NCBI GenBank assembly: GCA_030704615.1
Contig: CM060733.1
Location: forward strand, 58,218,001-58,282,000
Direction: 5' to 3'
DNA from: Takakia lepidozioides
Taxonomy: Eukaryota; Plantae; Bryophyta
Length of the DNA: 64,000 nucleotides
The notes below the pieces were generated by a model. That model worked only from the letters and a program-made list of their open reading frames with translations, was not told where the DNA came from and ran no database searches. Below, one piece after another: positions 39,620 through 51,267 of the stretch; within the stretch, counting starts at the first letter, position 1, and each line of letters starts with the position of its first letter. A program made the translations under genes and the position numbers.

Positions 39620-41428
39620 ATGACGAGGCGTCGCTTGATGGAGAACACAGGGCCAAGGCAGCAGATGAATGCGGAGACTGCAACACAAGAGCAGACCGAG
39701 AATGAGGCTGCAGCTGTCACACAGTCAGAGAGAACAATGAGCGTTGGAAACCAGACTATGGAAGCAAAGCTGATTCGCAGGGAAACTGAAGGAGGTGGAA
39801 GTCCGGGGAACGCTGATCCGGGAGAAGGTCTACAAACCCTAGAGCAGACATAAATTCCAGCAGATGAGAAAGGGAAGAGGAAAGCTGCAGAAGGGGATCC
39901 AAATTCAAAACCTAAGAAGGTGCCAATAAGTATTCTCTACCTTCTATTTCCTGTTTAAAGATCTACGAAGAGAGTGAGTGCAATGTTCTAGAAAGTGATG
40001 GTCGGTACCGACCATCACTATGAAGCCATGTTGATTTGCTTTGTACTCCTCTGTTTATGGTTTTCCACACCAGCAGTTTGCGACTGGTGGTACCGCCATT
40101 CACTATGAAGCCATGTTGATTTGCTTTGTACTCCTCTGTTTATGGTTTTCCACACCAGCAGTTTGCGACTGGGGGTACCGCCATTCACTATGAAGCCATG
40201 TTGATTTGCTTTGTACTCCTCTGTTTATGGTTTTCCACACCAGCAGTTTGCGACTGGGGGTACCGCCATTCACTATGAAGCCATGTTGATTTGCTTGTAC
40301 TCCTCTGTTTACGGTTTTCCATACCTGCAGTTTGTGACTGTCGGTACCGCCATTCACTATGAAGCCACGTTGATTTTCTTTTTACTCCTCTGTTTACGGT
40401 TTTCCACACCAGCAGTTTGTGACTGGCGGTACCGCCATTCACTGTTCTTCAGATCGTAGAGTCAGTTTGATTGCTTTTCAAACACTCATTCTCTTTCATT
40501 CTGTAGCAGGAACATGTGATTGTCGGCATTTAATTCTAGTGTAGTGCGATTGTCGTTAATGCCATTCGATTCTCCTCATGAGCTTTATGTACCTGTGTGC
40601 ATGGAGGTAGAGTGATGGTCGGCATATTCAGTTAGTTAGTCTTGCATTGCATTTTCTATGTTAGGGAAGTGGAATGGCGGTATCGCCAATCACTTTTTTG
40701 GCGACCATACTGTAGATTCATGTAGAGTAGTGATTGGAAAGTACGTTCGAGACAGACAAGAAACAGCGATTGTTTGTGACGATCATCACAATGGAGCCTC
40801 TCTGACTTATCTGCACTCAATTTCTACCCTAAACTAGACTGAGTGTCGGTGCCGCCAATCACTTAGACATATATTTCATTGCACCAAACCGATCTAGCAG
40901 GTCCTTTAAATGCAATGTTTTTTTATTGTCGTTAACGCCGTTCGCTAATGCTCAGAACCTCAGTGTACATGTTTGCCCAGAAACATAGTGATTGTCGGTA
41001 CCGACCATCACTATGTAGTCATATTGTTTTGGTTTGCATTCGTCTGGATCAGCTTTGGTTTTGTAGATTGTTGTGAATGTCGGTGCCGCCATTCACTGTG
41101 ATTTGAGAGGAGACAGAGTGATGGTCGGTACGGACGTTCACTATTTGCACATTACTCACTGACAGATTGGAATGGCATCGTGCAGAAAACTGTGAAGTCC
41201 AAGCAGACAAGAACAGAGGCAAAAGGTTCTGGAGATGGGGACGAGTCTAGCAAGAGCTCTGAGAATAGCGATGAAGCAGATGAACCTGAAGTGCACTACC
41301 TTGACAAGGTGAAAGAACTCATGTCATTCCATAAGGTAAACTCTCAGGAGGTTATTAGGGGCATGCTTGTCTCTGGAGGGCGTCTGGACATCCCACTATG
41401 CCGGATGATATCTATGCCTGTTGTGCGT
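39620..41428 (+). pseudogene. Unidentified two-exon, probably TE-borne pseudogene (exon 1 39620-39929 with a premature TAA; intron 39930-41165; exon 2 41166-~41428)
   Basis: A GT..AG join keeps the frame (KPKKVPI-N-WNGIVQKTVKSK). A charged low-complexity N-terminus leads to GRLDIPLCRMISMPVVR, after which the coding character is lost. Confidence 0.55.
39994..41142. repeat. Array of 26-bp palindromes; five near-identical 85-bp tandem units (40016-40443), then degenerate units
   Basis: Perfect palindrome AGTGATGGTCGGTACCGACCATCACT at 39994-40019. Variants at about 40079, 40164, 40249, 40333, 40418, 40668, 40765, 40838, 40987, 41072 and 41117, plus half-sites. Confidence 0.9.
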
Positions 41429-43288
41429 CTTACTTGGCTTTCAAACTTCATTTTACAACCGATTTGTAACTACAATATGGCAGGTGCTCCATGCATTTGT
41501 TTACAATTAATTAGTATTAAACTTTGTAGCTTCCAACCGTCACCATTGGACTACTATAGAGGCAACCTTGTAGAATGAATATTAATATTTCAACTTCTTT
41601 TCTCTGCTCCTTTTTTGTGGTGCGGCTGCGGTTGAATTTCGTTTCACTCTTCCCTAGTGCAACAGAGACATTCAGTCCATCTCTATGTTCTGTCCAGTGT
41701 CTTGTCCAACGGTTGCGTTCAGAATTTCAACTCTTTCCGTTCAATCGATTCACTCAAGACCATATGAGATCCCTCTCCTCTGATGGGTTATTTCTGCAGC
41801 CCACCAGTGATCACAGTACTCAAAATCAGGTTCAAAATCAGATGAACCTGATTTTCGTTTGAAGCAGTTGCAGCAGCGCCCTTTTCTAATAATATATATA
41901 TATATGTATACAGTACTTCTAGGAAAATTGGCCCAGCACATCGCCAGCCAGTCGTGTACGTCTAATTCATTGTCCCCACTGTCCCCGAGCAGGCCGTCTC
42001 TGGATTTCCGTAATAGCTCCCCCGATCTAATCTATTCCAACTTCCTTTTATCCGTACAATATAGCGTGGAGAGGCAGAGAGAGAGAGAGTTTCTATAAAG
42101 GCTCACAATCCGGTCCTTATCTGCACGCGGCTGGAAACATGTGGCTAGCACATAAGGCGAGCTATCAGAGTTAATTTTGGCGCCCAAGCTAGCAATCACT
42201 GACCGTGTATGCAGAAGTAATTCTTCTCTGCAGATTCTCTAGCTTTCTTCCGTTCGGTACCCTTTCAATCACTGAACGTTACAGGGTGGGCTATTAGTAT
42301 CAACGTCCCTCTAACTAGGATATATTCATGAAGGTGATCGATCCCCTGAACCAAATCTGTAAATCGTGTAAATCCAACTTGCAAACCTCAACTATTAGTA
42401 TAGGTGTTCAGGCGAGGGGCTGCATGAGCTGTATATTAGGTACCTGCATCGAACTGAAGCACGAAGCTGTCACGGCAAGAACTGCAGGTGAAGCTGCTCG
42501 GTGAGCAGCTTTGTCAGGTCACCTGCAGGTGTAGGTTGCAGGTTGCAACGCCCGTCGCCAACTGGGTGACGTGGATCTGGAGTAAAACGCTGGACGGTTC
42601 CTCTCGGGAAAATAAGAGACGAGAAGAGATAGAGTTTGGATTCTTGTTTGAGAAGAGCCTGCACAGGTTGACATGATATATAACTGATCGATAAATACGA
42701 CTTCACAGATGCATCGGTGCGGTGGTTGGGTGCCAGAGATCCTACCTGGGGCTATGCATCTAGTCTTGGTTAGATGACCGATACAATCATACAGGGGGAC
42801 TGTTTATATGTAAATAAACTTTTTGTGTGGATTTCGATGTTTTCATAACCTGTCACAGTAACAACCTAAACTTCTCTCTCACTAGTTGTCTCTGTCAGAG
42901 AATTGTGTATAGACTTTGTGATACTGTACTGAGACTGTACTACTATCTTAAGCCAGCGTAAAGAGCCACTTCTCCTAGCAAGCTTCGGTACTGCTCCAGT
43001 CGGGGCCGTGAACTGCTGTAAGTACTGCACTTGAGAAGAATATCTCTTAGAATATGGGTTCCTGCGGGCTCTTGAGATTCACCAATATACTGTACGGGAA
43101 AATGATCAATCTAGAAGCTGTGATGACATCTTTCGGCGGCTGAGGCCGATCACCTCAATCCCTCGCGTCATTGGAGGCGAAGGTCATAAAAATGTTGCGG
43201 CTGACCGATGAAGAAGATCCGGTAAGCGATGAATTGGATGAATGCGAGAATCGGTGCCTGGATGATTCTTTTTCAGCCTACTTACAAG

Positions 43289-43428
43289 AGGCCTTCACCC
43301 TTAGACAATCGCTAGAACATTAATTGTGGTTTCTGGATTTGTTCCTCTCTCATGTTTTCTTCCATTTTGTCCCATAAGCTCTACGAGCTTTCCGTGGACG
43401 TTATAAAGCACCATTTCATTTCATTTCA
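43289..43428 (+). mobile_element. Non-LTR 3' end with (TTTCA)n tail, copy 2, upstream of the dioxygenase
   Basis: Homologous to 14925-15070. Confidence 0.6.
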
Positions 43429-43964
43429 TCCTCCAAAGTAGTCGTAGCACGTGCAGTTAGTCGCAGGCAGTCAACGACTCTTCTCACATCTCGTCACTTC
43501 TCGGGCAAGTTCCACTACACACCTAACTAATTCGTTTTGCAGAATCTCAACTCCACGTACGAATACCTACTTCACATGTCGAGGTTCTTATCTGCATGTG
43601 CATGAAAATTCTCTAGTGCACGTGCACTTGAATAATCACGAGACATTCTCTTGGTCCAGGTAATTTACTAGTACGTTCGTATGTCCTTGCTATAATTGAA
43701 ATACCCATGCAGATCAGACCCCATTCATATCATGTTCTCTCTCATTTGATCGCTCTCTCCAGCGGCTTTGCAATCTGGCTCTCTCTTTCAGGACACACAT
43801 CTTGCAGACTCTGTCTCTCTCTTTCATCCGCATGCGTGTTCGTCGACTTACATGATACAAAGATCTGCACTCAGACTAGACACCGGACTCGGATTATACT
43901 ATTAGAACTGCTTTGCCGGCCTCTAGTTCCGTCTCTGGCCTGCACTGGTCAATCAATATCCACA

Positions 43965-46079
43965 ATGATGCTGGATCAATATCTGAGCAACCGGCCTCCG
44001 ACTTCCATCCCACATGTGTTGAGTACTCAGTCTGCTGAAGAGCTGGTGCACCTTCCTCAAGCTTCCCAGGCTTTGTCGACTGGCCTGGCCGGTATTGAAT
44101 CCTCCCCGGTGACATGCAACCATCTAGTAGCATCCTCAATCTCCCCGAGTTCCGCAAGTATAATTCCGCAACCTCCTCAACAGACATGTACAATGGCTAC
44201 TCCCAGCCAGGTACTGGTTTCAGAACGTCTGTCACATGAGTCTTCTGCAGCACTTCCAGATGCCTACGTATGGCCTTTGCAAGAGCGACCCACGGTCCAG
44301 TACGATGAGTTCAGCGAGGACGAGATCCCAGTGATAGATCTAGCCGATCTCCAGGGTACAGAGGATAACGCTGCAGTCGAGCGGATTATCAAAAGAATCA
44401 GGGATGCATGCCGGGAATGGGGTTTTTTCCAAGTTATCAACCACGGGATCTCCATAGAGCTTTTGGCGAGGGTGCAGAGGCAAGCCTTGCAGTTTTTCTC
44501 ACTTCCTTTGGAGGAAAAAATGAAGGTTCTGAAACCACCGGGAGCATTTACAGGATACGGTTTTGCAGCAGTTAAGGAAACTGACAATAAGCCTTGGCAA
44601 GAGGGATTTTATCTCGCAAACGATCCCAGTATTGATGATTTTTCCCGCAAACTGTGGCCTGAAGGAAACAATGACGATTTCTGGTGAGTAATTATGCTCA
44701 CTCATGTAAATGCTCTCTGCAGCTTGTATACGCAGTATGGAGAGATTATCAATCTATACTGCATCAGTGTAAAGTTTCTGGTCCGAGGTTTGGTTGACAT
44801 GTTGATCAAAATTCTGTACGTCTATCATTGTTCTTGCCCGTCGGATGATTCTTTCAAATGTGAGTAAACATTGTCAAATGCTGTTCATGAAGTACAAATG
44901 GTCAACCTGCAGGTGAAAGTCATTTGAAATTCTTGGGACAGTGTTCAAAATTAGCAGTTACTAAATCTATAGTCTTTACCGTGTGGTTTTTAAATGTTCA
45001 TCAAAAGCAACTCTTACAAAGAGTATGATGAGGCAGCGAAGAAGCTAGCGCTGCAATTGATGAGCGTTATCATTCATGGCCTTGGAGTGGATCGAGCTCA
45101 CTTCGAGCAGTATTTGACCAAAAGTTCGGCGCTCCTTCGATGGAATCATTATCCCCCCTGCCCTGAACCAGAAAAAACCCTAGGGATGACCCCTCACACT
45201 GACTTCAACATTCTGACGATACTTCACCAGGGTGAGATTGGAGGATTGCAAGTTGAGAAAGATGGAAAATGGATCGCAGTTAGACCTCGGAATGATGCAT
45301 TGGCTATCAATGTTGGTGATTCTCTACAGGTAACACGTGATCTAGATACAGCTGTTTGATTGGGTCCTTCAATAATACGCAGGTCACGACTAATTGAATG
45401 CTCCACTGTAAGTACATCCACTTCAATGAAACCCTGACAAGTCAGGTCAAGAAAACAGGTCTGCTTGTCAGGTATAAATTTCTTTCTCGCAGTATAGTGC
45501 TCATCAGAGACCGAGATATCTAGGTCCCCATTGATCTAACTACATTTTTATCGTGAATATTTTTAAATACATTACATGACAGATCTAAGGTTAAGTCCAA
45601 ACATCATCAAATCAGACTGTGGCCAACGTGTGAAGAATGTCTTTGGGGTACCACAAAGCCCTTGCAGATCATGTTCACATTTGTCTTCTCAGTTACTGGA
45701 GCTTAGCTAGTTTCCAGAATGTTGGAATATTTACATGTTATAAGAATGGTCCAGGAAGTTGTCTGATATGAAAATCTTCCCTGGGTTACAGCGGATCGGA
45801 CTAACTTTAGAAAGCTTCATTTCTTACTTGCAGGTGATGACAAATGGAAGGTACAAGAGTGTACCCCATCGGGCAGTCGTGAATCGGAGCAAAGCAAGGA
45901 TTTCTTTGGCTTACTTTTTCTTACCTGCACCATCAGTGGAGATCGTCTGTTCCCCTGACCTTCTAGACGAACAAAACCCACCACTTTACAAACCATTCAC
46001 AATTGAGGAGTACACAATTGTGAAAACGACTCAGCTACTTCACACCCTTGAACACTTCACTGTAGCAGCAGACACCTAG
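43965..46079 (+). CDS. 2-oxoglutarate/Fe(II) dioxygenase (DOXC), gibberellin-oxidase-like; exons 43965(or 44193)-44683, 45009-45329, 45834-46079
   Basis: DIOX_N (LPDAYVWP, IPVIDL, ACREWGFFQVINHGI), NHYPPCPEP, Fe ligands HTD...H (PHRAVVN) and RIS (RxS); exon phases are consistent. Confidence 0.93.
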
Positions 46080-47192
46080 ATTCAGAAGAAGTTCGATCAT
46101 CAATGTGGAACCTTGTTATTCATCACAGGTTACTTATGTAGAATATCACAACTGTATTGGTTACAGGGGAATATATAATCCTAGTCAGAACTCGTGTACA
46201 GCTTAGACCGAGTCATCGATCCGCTTGATTTGCATCAGATTCTGGTCGATGTTTCACAATTCTGCAAAAGAGCGCACACTTCTAGCTGTATTGGTCACAA
46301 GATCTGCAAATTGCTCTACTAGCTACTTTGAATAAAGATAACAGCATGTCAGTTATAACGTCCCTGTGAACTCGAACCTGTGACAGGAATGTGGCAAGAG
46401 CCACTGTAGGCTCTACTTGGCACTGTGTGATAATCTGCCTAAAGTATAGGAGCTTTTGCATTGTTGATTGGGCCAAGAATTAGTTGGAGACAGACGGTGT
46501 GCAGAGAAGAAGAAAAGAAAAATCAAATAGACCTGAACTACGAAGGGCTATTTGAGCCTGTAGGAATTGAAAGACTGAGGAATGTGAGATCAGTACTAGA
46601 GCTGGCTGTCTGTCCCGTGAGTTCAGCCAAAAACATTTAATATATATCCACGTAGACAAGATCTTAACTAAAATGAGCCTACTAGACAAGTGAAGGAAAC
46701 CATACATGCAGATTAACCAGATGCTACAATTGCTGAAAGGCGAGACTAGCCGCCAGGAATTAGCTGCTTATATTACAGCATCTTTGTCAATGGAGCAGTG
46801 CAAACTCCGGCTCCCAGCCGAGATTCACCCAGGATTATGGAATACATTTTATAAGAGGCAGAGTCCTGGCCTCGGTCTTTCCTGGATTTTCGCTTCCCTC
46901 CGACGGAACGCGTGATCTGTAGTGGGGGGAAGTCCTGTCTGCGAAGCCCTGATCTTATCAAAGCAAACATTAGGTCAGGTCTTTACCGACGGTGACGGCT
47001 CATTGAAGGGAGGACGGTCGAGATGAGTAGAACAATAAGAACGGAAACTTTCCCAGCAACGGCCCCTCTGGTGACTTGAACTACACCCCACGGAACCCCC
47101 CATAGTCGGTAACTGCGGATGACTGAAAGAGCCCCTAACTAGATGAATGATATTTTCATCCAAACCAAGGTTTTTAATATAGTTTTTATCAA

Positions 47193-47413
47193 TTTGTTTT
47201 TTTTGTTTGTTTTTTAAGAGGAAACCTGGGAGCGACAGCCCACAATTCAGGCCCTTGAGGAGGGGGAAAAATTAACCCCCTTTCATTTATGGGCCATGAG
47301 GCCTACAGGCCGATCAACGCCCAGACATACCGTCGGAAAATCCCACACACGGGGCAGGGCAGCGGGTTTGAACCCCGAACCACCACGACACTTACCAGCT
47401 GAGCTCCCAGCCG
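47193..47413 (-). mobile_element. tRNA-derived SINE
   Basis: On the minus strand: A box GAGCTCAGCTGG, B box GGTTCAAACC, ~150-bp body and an A-rich tail. Related 3' ends occur at 4627-4690 and ~34744-34810. Confidence 0.75.
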
Positions 47414-48044
47414 ATGTGCTTTTATTTTTATAGGCACGACTAAGCAAAGGCTTTGCGAATATCATAGCTGCCCCGAGTCAATAAAATTTTAAACGGCCTA
47501 TGCCTTTAAAAAAAAAAAAAAAAAAAGCTGCGATACTGTTTGATTGGCAACCAGTTAGTTCAAGACATGTGTATATGGAATATTTCATCCATATTTATAG
47601 ATGAATGAAATAAATGATGAATGAAAACACTGTGTTTCATTTTAGGTGGTGGTTGGTCCGGATGGTAAGTTCTAAAGTATTTCAAGATTTCCGATGCAGG
47701 GCTTTGGATGTACCGAAACACCTGATGCAAAATGAAGGTCGGCTGGAGTTCCTACTCGTCCAAGGTCCCTCAAGACTGGGATGAGTTACATCATATCTGT
47801 CATAAAATCGCATAAAAACCTACGGGTTTTTGCCTTTTGTATCTGCAGGGATATCACGTCAACAGCTGGCAGGGCGACTCGCCGGATCTTAGGCCCTGTC
47901 ATCTTTTCTTTTCTAGATTCATTTCCTTAATTTTAGTTTTGGGGATCTGAGCCATCCACCCAGATTTTCAAGAGATCTCAACCATCCATCCACCATGGGG
48001 AAGAATCCCTTAGGCAGCGGAAGTCCCCCTCACGTCGTCGACTA

Positions 48045-48877
48045 CCATACTTACCTAGCTTATTAGGCAATAATTAATTCAAAATCAAGTGCCTAATTAA
48101 ATTTAGAACATTTTTGAAAAATGTGCCTAAAACTTGGAAACAATTCCTGAGAAGTGCCTAATTGCTCGAATTCTATTTTCAAAACTATTCTGTTTTTTTA
48201 AAAAGAAAATTACCTCAACAATAGGGTCGACTGTAACACATAGGTAATGTTTGGAAATTACCTAGGTGAGGTGTGCCTAAATAATAAAAACGAATCTGCC
48301 TAATAATCTTCCATTTTTATTAATTATTAGGTGCGGAAGTGCCTACTAAGCTAGGTAAGTACCAGTGTTGGTCTGGTATATAGGTGAAGGACTGGTATAA
48401 AATACTGGTATATGCACTGGTATTAGATACCAGACCAGTCTGGTATCATTTGGGAGAATACTTGGTCATATACCAGACCAGGCTGGTATCAGTTTTTTCA
48501 TACCAGCCTCAATACCAGTACTTCCCCGCCGTCTTCCTCATTTACTCTGGTATGTATACTATATTAATTTATGTGTATATATGCCTACATACTTGTATTT
48601 ATGTTTATTTATTTATTTATTTATATTGTATTTGTTTTCACTTGATACTTGCTAGTGATAAACTTGTAATTCAAGATGGCTTTGGAATGATACCAGAATT
48701 GATATCTCGTACCAGCTGGTATTGTGGTCATGATACTCATACTCATACCAGTATGTAGAGAATTATACATCCACCATTATATAGACCAGACTGGTATAAA
48801 TTTTTTGTGATACGTCAGGTACAGGACCAGTCTGGTATGTCCTAACAGTGACACCAGAACAACACTGGTAAGTACGG
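48045..48877. mobile_element. Tc1-mariner/pogo-type MITE (TA TSD) whose right TIR is interrupted by a hAT MITE
   Basis: TA|CCATACTTACCTAGCTTATTAGGCA ... TGCCTACTAAGCTAGGTAAGTAC[insert]GG|TA; repeated GTGCCTAA motifs inside. Confidence 0.82.
48363..48867. mobile_element. hAT MITE
   Basis: CAGTGTTG...CAACACTG termini, exact TSD GTAAGTAC (48355-48362, 48868-48875) and many CTGGTAT/ATACCAG subterminal motifs. Confidence 0.92.
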
Positions 48878-49249
48878 TACTCCCCTAACACCGCAGGGAG
48901 TAAGCCCTCCGAGGGGGACTTCCCACCTCAGTGGACAAATATTTTGGTTAGGCTTCTCGGTTGCCATTTTTTGATTTTGGGAAACTCCTCATATTGGAGT
49001 TAGGTATCTGTTGTCAATGCACAAAGCTACCTTAAAGATGAACAGTGTATGAGGCATGGCTATGATTCGTTGCACATGTCAAGACCCAAAAGTTCTAGAC
49101 ATTGTTTGATTGTTTTTTAATACAGATAGGGTAGGGCTTAAGCTTACAGGTATTCTGATGCATTTATTGGCTCTCTTGTAGAGAGGGACTACGCATCATA
49201 TTCGAAGAAAGGACCTTAGACATATCAAGGCACCGATTGGCTTAGTCCG

Positions 49250-50428
49250 TTATGGAATACCAAGTGCCCATGTAATCAACTATCATCTACAACCGGGCCT
49301 TAGTTGACAAATCATCTACTACCTTGACAAATTATGTACAACCCCCACTAAATCAACCACTAGTGCTTGTAGATGATTTATTGATGGTTGATTTAATGGG
49401 CAAATGGTATTGCATAGGTGTACCAAATGCCCATGTCTTCATCCCGATGTTCACCAAATATTCTCTAATCTTAGTTCATTTAAAATTATGCTTAGATGTT
49501 TTCACCTTTGATTTATTGGGCATTTGAAACACGAAGGAATGCCGTATGACCACTTCCCTCGATAAATCAACTTACTTGTTGATACCACTTGTTGACAACG
49601 TGGGCGTCAACAACGTAGGTGGCGCCACTAAGGCAGATGCGCCAACAAGGTTCATGCTATGGAATACCAAATGCCCATGTAATCAACTATCATCTACAAC
49701 CGGGCCTTAGTTGACAAATCATCTACTACCTTGACAAATTATGTACAACCCCCATTAAATCAACCACTAGTGCTTGTAGATGATTTATTGATGGTTGATT
49801 TAATGGGCAAATGGTATTGCATAGGTGTACCAAATGCCCATGTCTTCATCCCGATGTTCACCAAATATTCTCTAATCTTAGTTCATTTAAAATTATGCTT
49901 AGATGTTTTCACCTTTGATTTATTGGGCATTTGAAACACGAAGGAATGTCGTATGACCACTTCCCTCGATAAATCAACTTACTTGTTGATACCACTTGTT
50001 GACAACGTGGGCGTCAACAACGTAGGTGGCGCCACTAAGGCAGATGCGCCAACAAGGTTCATGCTATGGAATACCAAATGCCCATGTAATCAACTATCGT
50101 CTACAACCCTCAAATCCTACGACCCCACTAAATCAACCAGTAGTGGTTGTAGATCATTTATTGATGGTTGATTTTTTGGGCAAATGGTATGCGTAGGTGT
50201 ACCAATGCCCATGTCTTCATCTCACTTGTTCACCACATATTCTCTAATGGATTCCTAGATCCTTTGAAATTTCACCTTTGATTTCTTGAGCATTTGGTAC
50301 AGGAAGGAATGTCGTATGACCACATCCCTCCATAACTCAACCTTTACTTGTTACTTGTTCACACCACTTGTCAAACGTGGGTGTCAACAACGTAGGTGGT
50401 GCCACTGAGGCAGGCAGCACCAACAAGG
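49250..50428. repeat. 407-bp tandem repeat: two near-identical copies and a third diverged copy
   Basis: Identical 67-aa ORFs at 49324 and 49731 (offset 407); third unit begins near 50066. Confidence 0.93.
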
Positions 50429-50435
50429 TAACAAC

Positions 50436-51267
50436 CGGTGTTGGGTGGTTCTTGCATTTGTGAAGGAACCTTCGGTTCCGGTTCCAAAATTATTTCAAGA
50501 GACGGTTCCGGATCTGGTTCCGGTTTTTTTTTATTGAGCCGGTTCCGGTCCGGTTCCGGATCCAACTTTTAAACATGGGGGCGGTTCCGGTTACCGGTTA
50601 GTTGCTGATAAAAACCATCGGTTCTGGTTAGGTTCCGGTTCTATTTTAAAAATATATTTGTTTAATTTAATTAGATTTAAAATATTTTATCAGTCCGGTA
50701 GATTAAATAGCAGTGTATTCACATATTTGAACTAAAATCCAACGATTTTGTTAGTTTTCACTAACACAAAAAAACAAACAAAAATACTCTAAATAAACTG
50801 GTAGAAGAAAATGGGTAAAATTTTATGGGTTGAAAGTACTATTCAGCTACCTGGCAAGTATTGGCATCTTCAAACATTTTATTAATGAACTTAGCCAGGA
50901 TATCATGGAGCTGGAGATTGAACCCAAGATCTCATGGCGCTGAAGCATTGAACATAGAATCTCATGGCCTTCAAGCATTGAACCCAGGATCTCAGGAGCT
51001 TAAGAGCATTAAATAAGTTTTTCCCTGGGCCCACCAGCCCCACCAAGGGGTCAAGAACCAAGAACCGGAACCGCTTTGGAACTGGAACCGCCGGTTCCCA
51101 CACATGTGGTCATAGCTGGAACCGCCGGTTCCGGTTCCCATACAATCCCCAATGAGCGGTTCCGGTTCCGGTTCTGCACAGGCGGGTCCGGTTCCGGTCC
51201 GGTTCCACATAACCGCAACCGGAACCGACGGTTACCCGGGGCCCAGGCGGGTAACCGCCCAACACTG
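50436..51267. mobile_element. hAT MITE with GGTTCC/GGAACC subterminal arrays
   Basis: Termini CGGTGTTGGG / CCCAACACTG; exact TSD GTAACAAC (50428-50435, 51268-51275). Confidence 0.92.

Noticed and set aside
39994-41142. True CRISPR array
   Set aside because: Eukaryotic intron, no cas genes, the first spacers are copies of each other and the later spacing is irregular.
43707-43964. Extra 86-aa N-terminus of the dioxygenase
   Set aside because: CT-rich, UTR-like sequence directly after a TATA-like motif at ~43691.
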